Source: Escherichia phage vB_EcoM_EP57
Length of the DNA stretch: 64,000 bases
Reading direction: 5' to 3' (one strand)
Sequence record: OR544956
Position 1 is the first letter of the stretch. The number at the start of each line of letters is the position of its first letter. Shown in pieces: positions 9,361 through 17,981 of this stretch. The position numbers and the translations under genes were made by a program. Below the pieces are notes generated by a model, which did no database searches, was not told the origin of the DNA, and saw only the letters and a program-made list of their open reading frames with translations.

Positions 9361-10734
9361 TTAGTTTGCAGTACGGTTAGTCAGGACGTTGACCTGAACT
9401 TTAACGTAATGGAAGAAGCCAGCGTAAACATATTCAATCTTCATCCCATCGACCAGACGAGCATTGATTTGCGCATCAGTCATATCGGCACGAGAAGGAA
9501 TATAAACAATAGGTTTCAGATCGACACGCAAACCAGTCTCTTCAGAAGTAACAACTTCATTAGCGATGGAACCGTTGAGGATACCTACTTGGATTGGGTT
9601 AGCCAGAACAGCTTGTCGAATCAAAGCCAGACCGTTTGAAGTAGCACGAACACCACCACCCAGCATAGACTGTTGTTTAAACAGTGTAAACAGTGATTCT
9701 TCTGTGCGAGCTTTAAACCACAAAGCATGAACAACATAGTCAACAAAGAAACCGCTAACCATCAATCCATCACGATAGAACAGAGTTCCATGCTCTTTAC
9801 GATAGATGTTACCGTTCTGTTGAACAATATTGTTTTCCGAAGTCTGATCCAGTTTCTCGATCTCTACACCTACCAGTGTTTTACCGTGAAGAGTAGTTAA
9901 ACCAGGTTGACGAGAACAGATTGCACCAACAACTGCTGCTTCTGGGAATACAGAATCTGCATCGGTCATCCACAAAGCAAAGCAAGTGTTATTATAACCG
10001 AGGTCATTCAGTCGTTCCAGAACGTTATCTTCTGCTTTCGTTTTAATTCCAGGTTCAGAACTAGAGAAGAAGTAAACTTTATCATTCTCTTCTACCCATG
10101 CAGCCAAAGCTAGAACATCTTCTGTTTCATGGGAATCTGAAAGGGTCCAGAACCAGCTACTATCAATATCATGCAGAGCAGCGATATCTTCCGTAATAGC
10201 ATTAGCATAGACAGTTTCTTGAGTGAAACCTGTGCTGTCAATAGAACCAAACTTACCTTCTACTGGAGTGAAAGTCATTGCAGCGCCGTTGTTAGCTACT
10301 GTAAACAGTGGGCCATAAACAAGATCTGCATTGATCATTTCAGTCAGACCAACTACAATCTCTTGTGCAGTTGCAGTGTCATCAGCAATGAATTTAAATT
10401 CTTTTTTCTTGGTACCATTTTTGATGGTAATTGTGTAAGTTGCACTATCTTCTACGATTGGAGTTAGAGTAAAGTTTGTAACTTCACGCTTACCAACCAT
10501 GACTTGATCTGGTGGGAACAAACCGTTAAACAGTTTGACTGCCATAATATACGCTGGATCATTTAATCCATAACCTGCTTCCAAAAGTGCATCGGAAGAA
10601 GAGTAATATTGAATCGCTTCGCCAGTTACGTTCTGACCTGTAAGGATCAGGGGAATATCGAACTGGGTTTCACGAATTGATGTAGCACCATACAGTAAAG
10701 TTACGGTTGCTACCTTTTCACGAAAAGTTGCCAT
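9361..10734 (-). CDS. tail sheath protein (or major tail protein)
   Basis: 457-aa ORF immediately upstream of tube and chaperone genes; hairpin after its stop. Confidence 0.4.
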   Translation of the reverse strand: MATFREKVATVTLLYGATSIRETQFDIPLILTGQNVTGEAIQYYSSSDALLEAGYGLNDPAYIMAVKLFNGLFPPDQVMVGKREVTNFTLTPIVEDSATYTITIKNGTKKKEFKFIADDTATAQEIVVGLTEMINADLVYGPLFTVANNGAAMTFTPVEGKFGSIDSTGFTQETVYANAITEDIAALHDIDSSWFWTLSDSHETEDVLALAAWVEENDKVYFFSSSEPGIKTKAEDNVLERLNDLGYNNTCFALWMTDADSVFPEAAVVGAICSRQPGLTTLHGKTLVGVEIEKLDQTSENNIVQQNGNIYRKEHGTLFYRDGLMVSGFFVDYVVHALWFKARTEESLFTLFKQQSMLGGGVRATSNGLALIRQAVLANPIQVGILNGSIANEVVTSEETGLRVDLKPIVYIPSRADMTDAQINARLVDGMKIEYVYAGFFHYVKVQVNVLTNRTAN

Positions 10735-10768
10735 TTATGCTCCTGTTAGAAACTTAATTCCAATGAGT

Positions 10769-11407
10769 TTATTCGGTAGGGTTGTTAAATAATGATCCAT
10801 TTTGATTGACTGACGAGTATTCGCCTGGAACCAAAGTAATTGCATAAACCCTGTTTAGAATTAAATCTAAAGGGATAGGATCATTGTAACTATCTCTGAA
10901 TGAACGGATGTGCATGTTGATTGCTTCTATTGGTGTAGTAGCAATATCTTCAATACTCATACGAGTGTTGAACGTCATAACCATACGCGCTCTTAATTCA
11001 GTCTTATCTCCGTCTACAATTGTATTGGCTTGAGCTATATTGGAGGCTCCTAAAAAACCAAGACCTTTAGAATAGAGATGTTTGTATTTTAATTCCTCTG
11101 CACCACGGAGAGCAGCCAGAACATAGCTCATCAAAGTGGTAGGTCTTCCACGATAGGCTACAAGTTCAATCTCGTAGGTATTATCCATCTCGTAGGAATA
11201 CATATCATTTTGAATAGAGCTTCGGTAAGACCAACCTCCAGAATCGCTGGAAGTGATAATATGTAGTGCTAGGTAAGGAGTATCCGGTTTAATGAATGGC
11301 TTATCCATAACATAGACTGGCAACCCCACTAATTCTTGAAGGAAGCCACCTATATTTAAGTAGATGGCATTTTCGTATGCTTCTATTTGTTGGTAAATAT
11401 TAGCCAC
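10769..11407 (-). CDS. hypothetical head-tail joining / tail completion protein
   Basis: 212-aa ORF between head and tail modules. Confidence 0.3.
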   Translation of the reverse strand: MANIYQQIEAYENAIYLNIGGFLQELVGLPVYVMDKPFIKPDTPYLALHIITSSDSGGWSYRSSIQNDMYSYEMDNTYEIELVAYRGRPTTLMSYVLAALRGAEELKYKHLYSKGLGFLGASNIAQANTIVDGDKTELRARMVMTFNTRMSIEDIATTPIEAINMHIRSFRDSYNDPIPLDLILNRVYAITLVPGEYSSVNQNGSLFNNPTE

Positions 11408-11503
11408 TGTTCTGTTCCTTGTTGTAACCCCTTCATTTCTGTTTTAGTCCAGAAACTATATTGAGCCTTAGATCTGTAACCTTCAGGTAGTGCATTCAGT
11501 GTT

Positions 11504-11695
11504 TTACCAGATATCGGTTGTAAGCTTGCCTTCAATGGTAAATGGTTCATATTCTACACTACTTTCTAAGTTAGCAATAACTGAACCAACAGCCTCTTTG
11601 TAGACTCGTCTACGACCTTGGTATTCAGTTAGATCAAGGAGAGTAAATTGATCTAGTAACACTTGTATCTCCTTTTTAGTATACATCAAAAACAA
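11504..11695 (-). CDS. hypothetical protein
   Basis: 63-aa ORF, same strand, intergenic fit. Confidence 0.25.
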   Translation of the reverse strand: MFLMYTKKEIQVLLDQFTLLDLTEYQGRRRVYKEAVGSVIANLESSVEYEPFTIEGKLTTDIW

Positions 11696-11707
11696 AGTTT
11701 ATGCAAG

Positions 11708-12196
11708 TTATTTTTTAGACTTGCTTTTTGTGATTTTTGTTTCGATTGCATTTATCATGTGTGCCGTATCTATTAAGATATGATTAGAATAGTTTCCTTT
11801 ATCTTGTCGTATCTTAATTGTCACAGGAGACAAAGGACGATAACGTTGCATTGCAATCGCTTGAGCTATTCCTTCTCTAGAGGCTCTCGCTATAGGCTCA
11901 AAAACAGCTAACCCGACATTATTCATTAAGTAATTTGCAAACACCTGCTTCATCTTTTTAGCGATATCGTTCTGTGAGATAACAGCACCATCTGTTATAA
12001 AAGGGCGAGCAGGTATGTTATTTGTTTCATTACCATATTGTTGAATAGCTGCTATTGCAGGAATAGTGAGATCTGATTCAGGATGCCTTTTGTTTGTTAA
12101 AAAACCAGCTTCGATTTGAACTTGTTCAAGGTCCATCATCTTTTTGATAATGGTTTCCCAATCTGTATCGTCACCTGGTAAGATCTCACTTTCCAT
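11708..12196 (-). CDS. hypothetical head-tail connector protein
   Basis: 162-aa ORF; start overlaps upstream stop. Confidence 0.3.
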   Translation of the reverse strand: MESEILPGDDTDWETIIKKMMDLEQVQIEAGFLTNKRHPESDLTIPAIAAIQQYGNETNNIPARPFITDGAVISQNDIAKKMKQVFANYLMNNVGLAVFEPIARASREGIAQAIAMQRYRPLSPVTIKIRQDKGNYSNHILIDTAHMINAIETKITKSKSKK

Positions 12197-12744
12197 TATT
12201 TGTCCCTACGATAAAAAGAAACAGGTCCGTAATTTCGCAAATAATTAACGTTGCGTGTATTCCGATCAACACTTGCAACATTACCAAGACCATTTACAGA
12301 GTTAGGATCGCTGTTTACTCGATCAATCTCACGAGCATCCACACCACCAATAAGAACTTTACTGGTTGCTCCTCGTCCTGCCGTGCACCCAGGGATCACC
12401 ATAAGACCATTTAAATAGTTATGATAGATATCTTCCCACGGAGATTTATAAGTGACTTGACCGTTGTTAAATTTAACTTCAACTTCGACTTCACCCATCT
12501 TTTCTCTGCGGGACATAGCCCCTCCTGTTTGAGTACTGTTGTTAAGAACATCGTTGTTCCATAAATACTCTAAAACAGAAATCAAGCTGTTCCACAATAC
12601 TGCACACTTATCCTTATCTTCATTCCCTATAATATCAATCCAAGTTTGGATGATCTGAATCAGCATTGCGTCTGGCAATACTTCTTGAGAAGGGTTATAA
12701 ACAAGGATTCGGATCAGTGGTGCCAACTCTACCGCATTCAGCAT
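12196..12744 (-). CDS. hypothetical head completion / adaptor protein
   Basis: 182-aa ORF in collinear block. Confidence 0.3.
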   Translation of the reverse strand: MLNAVELAPLIRILVYNPSQEVLPDAMLIQIIQTWIDIIGNEDKDKCAVLWNSLISVLEYLWNNDVLNNSTQTGGAMSRREKMGEVEVEVKFNNGQVTYKSPWEDIYHNYLNGLMVIPGCTAGRGATSKVLIGGVDAREIDRVNSDPNSVNGLGNVASVDRNTRNVNYLRNYGPVSFYRRDK

Positions 12745-12753
12745 AAGCCCACC

Positions 12754-13152
12754 TTATTTTTTACGAAGGGAACGTTTTTTAGCTGGAGTGTCTACCGCTT
12801 CTACTTTTAAAACTTCTTCTTTGATTTTTACAGGCGAATAGTCTTCATAACTTACAAGATAGTAACCCATGTGTTCTTCACTTGCAAAAGGATGCACAAG
12901 AATACCTGTTTCTTCTCTCAAACGCGTGAGGAAGTGAATGAAGTTTCCACCTAATGCAATACGACCATCTTTCAGATAGAAAGACATTGGTGGCGCAGAT
13001 ACTAATGTTTTATCAGCATCAATCAGTGGTGAAAGCGATTCGAAATCACGAATCATTTCGTGATAACTAAAGTAACGTTTCAATTCTGGGTTTGACATAT
13101 CAATCTCCTCATTGTAAACTCTTATTGTAAACAGAAAAGGCTCGCCCATCAC
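12754..13152 (-). CDS. hypothetical head protein
   Basis: 132-aa ORF downstream of capsid gene. Confidence 0.3.
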   Translation of the reverse strand: MMGEPFLFTIRVYNEEIDMSNPELKRYFSYHEMIRDFESLSPLIDADKTLVSAPPMSFYLKDGRIALGGNFIHFLTRLREETGILVHPFASEEHMGYYLVSYEDYSPVKIKEEVLKVEAVDTPAKKRSLRKK

Positions 13153-13182
13153 GGACGAGCCTCTAATATTAACAGAGTTCTA

Positions 13183-14184
13183 TTAAGCCGTAGTCAGTTT
13201 AACTACCAGTTCTGGACGGGTGTTAACTGCGAGCAGCGAGAATTCAGACTGAAGCTGAATAGTGCGGTGCTGGCTGATCATGAAGGTATACAGTTCACGA
13301 GCCTGGGTGTTAGCCAGTTCTGGAGTATCCGCAGGAGCGTAGTGCGCCTGGAACATACCTTCGATACCCATAGGCAGAACATATGCTTCACCAGCAGGGA
13401 TGTTACCGTGGATATCTTCAATGTAAGTTACACCGTTCCATTCGAACACCTGAACATCCATGTTACCGCTAAGGCGGTCACGCAGAAGGTTAGGAGTTCC
13501 CTGGAAATACTGATATGCCTGGCGAACAAATGGAGAGTTAACCAGAGATGCGAAAAACTCACGAGAACACAGAGCTACGATACGGGTAGCGGTAGAGCCA
13601 TCTTGTTTAGTATCGATGATGTAAGCACGAGCTTCTTGTTCGATAGTGGCTGCTGGAGAAACAGTGGTAGAAGCAAAGTCTACAGCAACAGATTTCTGGG
13701 TAGCACCCCATTCGGTATACCAGTTGTATGCAGAGTTAGCTGCACCACCTACGCCGTTATAGGCACGACCCATAACTGCTTCTGCAAAGATTTTCTCTTT
13801 GGTTTTTGCTACGTCACGCAGAATCTGGGACATATAGCGGTTAACAACTTCAGCGTCTGTGCGCAGAGAGTCATTGATTCCTGCCATTGCAAAGCTACGG
13901 AAAGATTGAATATCTTGAGCTTTGATGTTTTTATCCAGAGGGAAGAACGGAATGCGGAACGCTTTCAGTTCTGGATTTTTCATGGTCAGGAAGTTACGCT
14001 CACCACCACGCTCACGAGCGGAGATCAGAGCATCTTCAGCTTTTTCTTTACCGATTTCAATAGCGGTAGTTGAATGATAGTCAACACTGAACAGATTCAG
14101 GCTGGCAATCAGTGTATCAGGGGAATCCTGAAGTTCGATCATAGGGCTGAAATCTACAACCTGATCTAAAATTACTGCTGGCAT
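13183..14184 (-). CDS. major capsid protein (candidate)
   Basis: 333-aa ORF downstream of scaffold-like and decoration-like genes; size and position typical of HK97-fold capsid proteins. Confidence 0.45.
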   Translation of the reverse strand: MPAVILDQVVDFSPMIELQDSPDTLIASLNLFSVDYHSTTAIEIGKEKAEDALISARERGGERNFLTMKNPELKAFRIPFFPLDKNIKAQDIQSFRSFAMAGINDSLRTDAEVVNRYMSQILRDVAKTKEKIFAEAVMGRAYNGVGGAANSAYNWYTEWGATQKSVAVDFASTTVSPAATIEQEARAYIIDTKQDGSTATRIVALCSREFFASLVNSPFVRQAYQYFQGTPNLLRDRLSGNMDVQVFEWNGVTYIEDIHGNIPAGEAYVLPMGIEGMFQAHYAPADTPELANTQARELYTFMISQHRTIQLQSEFSLLAVNTRPELVVKLTTA

Positions 14185-14205
14185 TATATTAATCTCCTAT
14201 TAAAA

Positions 14206-14604
14206 TTAAGAAGTGAAAACGACTTTTTCGGTCAGTTTCAGATCATGTGTTTCCAGTGCTGCTACGCCAGCGTCATCTACCAGGGAGCCATCTTTGTAGT
14301 ATACTGCAAAGCGGTTCAGAGTAAGATCACGTACGCCAACAACTGCGGTGAAAGTGTCACCTACTGCTACATCGTCAATACCGAACAGAGCATCAGTCCA
14401 AAGCAGAACTTTAGCAGCATCGGCAGCTTCAGCTTTAGCAGCTTCAGTGTTGTCAGCTTTCAGGATAGAACCAATTTTCATGGTTGCTGTTTTAACCAGG
14501 TTAACTTCACGTACACAGTGTCCAAGGTCAGAGCTAAACACTCCACCCAGAACCAGGTGTCCGAATTCCTGGCGAGAGTTAGATAAAGTAATTCCTTTAG
14601 CCAT
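14206..14604 (-). CDS. hypothetical head protein (decoration candidate)
   Basis: 132-aa ORF, strong RBS, between scaffold-like and capsid genes. Confidence 0.3.
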   Translation of the reverse strand: MAKGITLSNSRQEFGHLVLGGVFSSDLGHCVREVNLVKTATMKIGSILKADNTEAAKAEAADAAKVLLWTDALFGIDDVAVGDTFTAVVGVRDLTLNRFAVYYKDGSLVDDAGVAALETHDLKLTEKVVFTS

Positions 14605-14623
14605 TTAATTTAATCTCCTAAGA

Positions 14624-15739
14624 TTATTGTTTCTGGGCTTTTTTAAGTTCAGCAGCTTTCTGACTAATCAGTTCAGAAGAAGATTTAGCTACAGGTTGAG
14701 TATTGATCACATCAACACCACGTTCTGTTCCAAATTCTTTCTTAACTGCGTCCACTTCTGCACGTGCTTTTTCGAATGCTTTGACGATAGTTTCAGCGAT
14801 ATCTTTATTGTCTACCAGATATTTAACGAGAGCTTCAACTTTGTCTTCTTCTACGAAAGAATAGGATTTAACAACAGTTGTATATTCTTCTTCGATACGA
14901 GCTTGTTCAGCTTTACGAAGTTCTTCTGCTTCCTGTTCTGCCTTAGCGATTTTTTCCTGTGCTTCAAGTTCTGCGGCTGCACGTGCATCTGCTGCTGCTT
15001 TTTCTACAGCTTCAGCGATCTGTGCTTTCATCAGTTCTTGGAATTCAGCAGATTTCAGGAATTCTTCTTTGTTGATATTTTCCAAAGGGGTTTCTCCTTT
15101 ATTGATTCCAGTTGTGTTTGCAGATTTATCACCTGCGGGGTTAGCCTCTGCATCCACAGAGTTTGTATTAGCTTTAGCGTGAGCTTTCACTAAATAATCT
15201 TTAACTTGACTTTGTTTCAAGGAACTCTTAACGAGATTACTCAAAGCATCGTCTAAAACGTCCTCAAAGAAATCAATGGAGATCATTACATCACCATCAA
15301 CAACTTGATAATCAGTAACACGAACAACAGGTTTAGCAACCTCTTCAACTTCAACATTCAGTCCGTCAACTTTAAAGCCAACAGAGAACATACCGTTATC
15401 TGAACAGAAAATTGCAACGTTCGCATCGAAGTCAGCATCAATAACGTAAACCCAATCCCAACCAGCTTCAAATTTTTCACGCACTTTTTCAGAAATGCGA
15501 TCCATCACTTGTTGAATATAGCTTTTACGTAACTCTGTAACATCTTCTCCCATTTTAGTGAGAGCTTCTAACTTTTCAAAAGTTATGTCTGGAGATCCGT
15601 CTGACTTAAATAAAAGGGGGGTATTATAACCAGATGCCGCTCCACCTTGAAAATCAAAAGTGTAAGCAATATGAGCACCTAGTGACTCTTCCGTAGCTTT
15701 TCCAGAAAAGTCTACGTTAGTTAAATATGTATTTGCCAC
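14624..15739 (-). CDS. head scaffolding-like protein
   Basis: 371 aa with Ala/Glu/Lys-rich predicted coiled coil (AADARAAAELEAQEKIAKAEQEAEELRKAEQARIEEE). Confidence 0.35.
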   Translation of the reverse strand: MANTYLTNVDFSGKATEESLGAHIAYTFDFQGGAASGYNTPLLFKSDGSPDITFEKLEALTKMGEDVTELRKSYIQQVMDRISEKVREKFEAGWDWVYVIDADFDANVAIFCSDNGMFSVGFKVDGLNVEVEEVAKPVVRVTDYQVVDGDVMISIDFFEDVLDDALSNLVKSSLKQSQVKDYLVKAHAKANTNSVDAEANPAGDKSANTTGINKGETPLENINKEEFLKSAEFQELMKAQIAEAVEKAAADARAAAELEAQEKIAKAEQEAEELRKAEQARIEEEYTTVVKSYSFVEEDKVEALVKYLVDNKDIAETIVKAFEKARAEVDAVKKEFGTERGVDVINTQPVAKSSSELISQKAAELKKAQKQ

Positions 15740-15741
15740 GA

Positions 15742-16221
15742 TTAGTCCTTCTTGACTTTAACGCCCATTGCGCCTATACTCAAACCTTTAAGAACGCCGT
15801 CTTTACGAGCTTGATATAATTCAGGGTCGTTGAATTGGATTTTAACGAGGGGAGTTCCTTCCACAACGAGTTCGTCACCAATGTAACAATCGACTTCATT
15901 TACCCAAGCTTTAATTGGAGAAAACTTATCGGTGTTCTTCATGTGACCAAGATTACCACTAATGTTGGTAATATTCTCATTGAAGTTGTCAACCATCTTC
16001 CTGATTTCCAAATCAGACATGCGCTCTCCGTGGAGATCGTCTTCTTCAGGTGGACAATACAAGACCTCAATAACCTGCATCTTTTCTTCATCAAATTTAT
16101 TTTGTTTGACTAGAGTTTCAGGTTTTTGAGATGGTATAGAATCTTGTTGGGATTCAGAATTCTCTTTAAAACCAGCGAAGGTTTTGAAGAGTTCCCACAG
16201 TGTATCTTTATTGAGTTCCAT
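15742..16221 (-). CDS. hypothetical head morphogenesis protein
   Basis: 159-aa ORF between portal and scaffold-like genes. Confidence 0.3.
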   Translation of the reverse strand: MELNKDTLWELFKTFAGFKENSESQQDSIPSQKPETLVKQNKFDEEKMQVIEVLYCPPEEDDLHGERMSDLEIRKMVDNFNENITNISGNLGHMKNTDKFSPIKAWVNEVDCYIGDELVVEGTPLVKIQFNDPELYQARKDGVLKGLSIGAMGVKVKKD

Positions 16222-16314
16222 TTGAAACCTCTTAAAAACAGATATCCCATAAATCTTAGTCTACAGGATATTTGTTGTTTTGTCAATAGAAAAATTAAAA
16301 AATATTAAATATTT

Positions 16315-17880
16315 TTAATTCGACAGGTTTTGTGCTGAAGGATCTAAAGCAGAAACAGTATCAGACGTTCCAGTTCCCGCTGTAGCTAAACCGTCTCCTG
16401 ATCGTGAAGTTTTGTCAGGCATATAGTTATCCATGAATTCAAAGAATTTCTCTTTATTGGCAACAATATCGTCAGGGATACGATATTCAAAACCAATTTT
16501 TTCAAGGAACTCGTTAATAACTTCTGGGGTTAAAGGTATTGCACCAGAGGCTACCAACTGCTGAATAGCTTTAGCATTTACTTCAATATCAGGATCACCC
16601 ATTTCACCACTGACAAACTTAGGCATATCTTCATCAGAAAGGAAGATATTGTTTAGTCGTAGTGTTTGAGGGATCAGTTGAGAGTTTATAGCTTCTACAA
16701 CAATATCTACATCTCGCTCAATAAAATGAGACAATAGTGTTTGTTTGTTGTCAGAAAGCGCAAAACTTCCTGCATCACCATCACCCATAATCAACACACC
16801 CGCACCAAAACGGTTATAAATATCTAGCTTGCGTTGTTTGATTAGTGCTTGAGTGTCAAACTGTTTACCCGTGCCATCAACACCTTGGAATACAAGATCG
16901 TATTGACGCATCACTGTGCCTTCATAAACGTCTGAAGGCAATACCATGTAGGCTTGCTCCCCAGAGTGCAGGTTAGCGATGTTGGCTTGAAGAACTCGAA
17001 GAGATTGTGCTTCATCCCCAGCAGGATCTAAAGATGCCCTGTTTAGAATGTCACTTGGAACCTTAAGAACTGGCATACCACCTAAATCTTTAGATACCCC
17101 AATAACCTCAAATTCCTGAATAAGAGATTTTTCACGCCAGCTACGATATACAGCTAAAAGCGGACTAACTCCTAGTGGGTTATTCTCTGTAATGTTGCTA
17201 CCAACAAATAAAACTTTACTGAAAGGAATTTCTTTAATACCAGTTTCTAAAGTTGTATTACCTGGAGCTAACATCGTATTGGTGATATTCTGGTTAACAG
17301 ATAGAATAGAACGTCCGTCTGCCGAATATGTAAAAGGTTGAGCCATGTGAAGAGTGTCTTGTGGTCTAAAAGCCAGTTTGGTTAATCGCCAATACCCAAA
17401 GTAAGGACTTTTAGGATCTTCATCCAACTCATAAACTTTCTCTGCGAATGCAAAACCATATTGCTTATATGTCAAAAGTGATCTAACATATTGACGTAGA
17501 GGGGCTTGCATATTGCGTAACATGTAATCAATAAACTTAGCAGCTTTTCTTGACTTTGCCGAGTTTACATTGTATTTTATCTTGAAATCAAAGAATGCTC
17601 TATCTACAAAGATATATGTAGCGTCAAGAGCAGTAGCTACATCAGGGTCTTCACCCATCTCTTTAAAAGTGCGAATACATTCTGGGAAACGAGTCTCATA
17701 AGGTTGCATGAAATTCGTAAATGCTTTGATTGAGTTTAATCCGATCGTTCCTATTTCAGGTGACAGGAGTAACGTTTTCTCTTTCTCTGCCTCTTTTGTT
17801 GGAGAGAGAGCAGCTTTATTTGCAGCACCTTTGTCCCAGTATTCTGACTTTTTAGTGTACGTTCTTTTTCCTGTTGACAC
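16315..17880 (-). CDS. portal protein
   Basis: 521-aa ORF immediately downstream of terminase large subunit; promoter-like element upstream. Confidence 0.5.
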   Translation of the reverse strand: MSTGKRTYTKKSEYWDKGAANKAALSPTKEAEKEKTLLLSPEIGTIGLNSIKAFTNFMQPYETRFPECIRTFKEMGEDPDVATALDATYIFVDRAFFDFKIKYNVNSAKSRKAAKFIDYMLRNMQAPLRQYVRSLLTYKQYGFAFAEKVYELDEDPKSPYFGYWRLTKLAFRPQDTLHMAQPFTYSADGRSILSVNQNITNTMLAPGNTTLETGIKEIPFSKVLFVGSNITENNPLGVSPLLAVYRSWREKSLIQEFEVIGVSKDLGGMPVLKVPSDILNRASLDPAGDEAQSLRVLQANIANLHSGEQAYMVLPSDVYEGTVMRQYDLVFQGVDGTGKQFDTQALIKQRKLDIYNRFGAGVLIMGDGDAGSFALSDNKQTLLSHFIERDVDIVVEAINSQLIPQTLRLNNIFLSDEDMPKFVSGEMGDPDIEVNAKAIQQLVASGAIPLTPEVINEFLEKIGFEYRIPDDIVANKEKFFEFMDNYMPDKTSRSGDGLATAGTGTSDTVSALDPSAQNLSN

Positions 17881-17949
17881 TTGTTCCTCCAGTCAGGTAT
17901 AAAATCGTTAAGGCAAGGCTGTATTATATACAACCTCACCTATCTAGTT

Positions 17950-17978
17950 ATAATACACTTTAAAGTGACTTTTGTCAA
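17950..17978 (-). promoter_or_regulatory. sigma70-like promoter upstream of portal gene
   Basis: minus strand TTGACA - 17 nt - TATTAT. Confidence 0.4.
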
Positions 17979-17981
17979 CAA

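Noticed and set aside
9361-10734. Assignment of the whole module to a T5-like siphovirus
   Set aside because: The tRNA cluster and nrdAB suggested T5, but the tape measure candidate is only 614 aa, there are no ~1000-aa tail proteins, and the order sheath-sized gene, tube, frameshifting chaperones, tape measure fits a contractile-tail layout. Lineage left unassigned.
13267-14073. 268-aa plus-strand ORF antisense to the capsid-like gene, and the many other plus-strand track ORFs between 376 and 20430
   Set aside because: They lie entirely inside longer, collinear, translationally coupled minus-strand genes, lack ribosome-binding sites, and several have implausible low-complexity Cys/Phe-rich translations (e.g. 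14627..15193).
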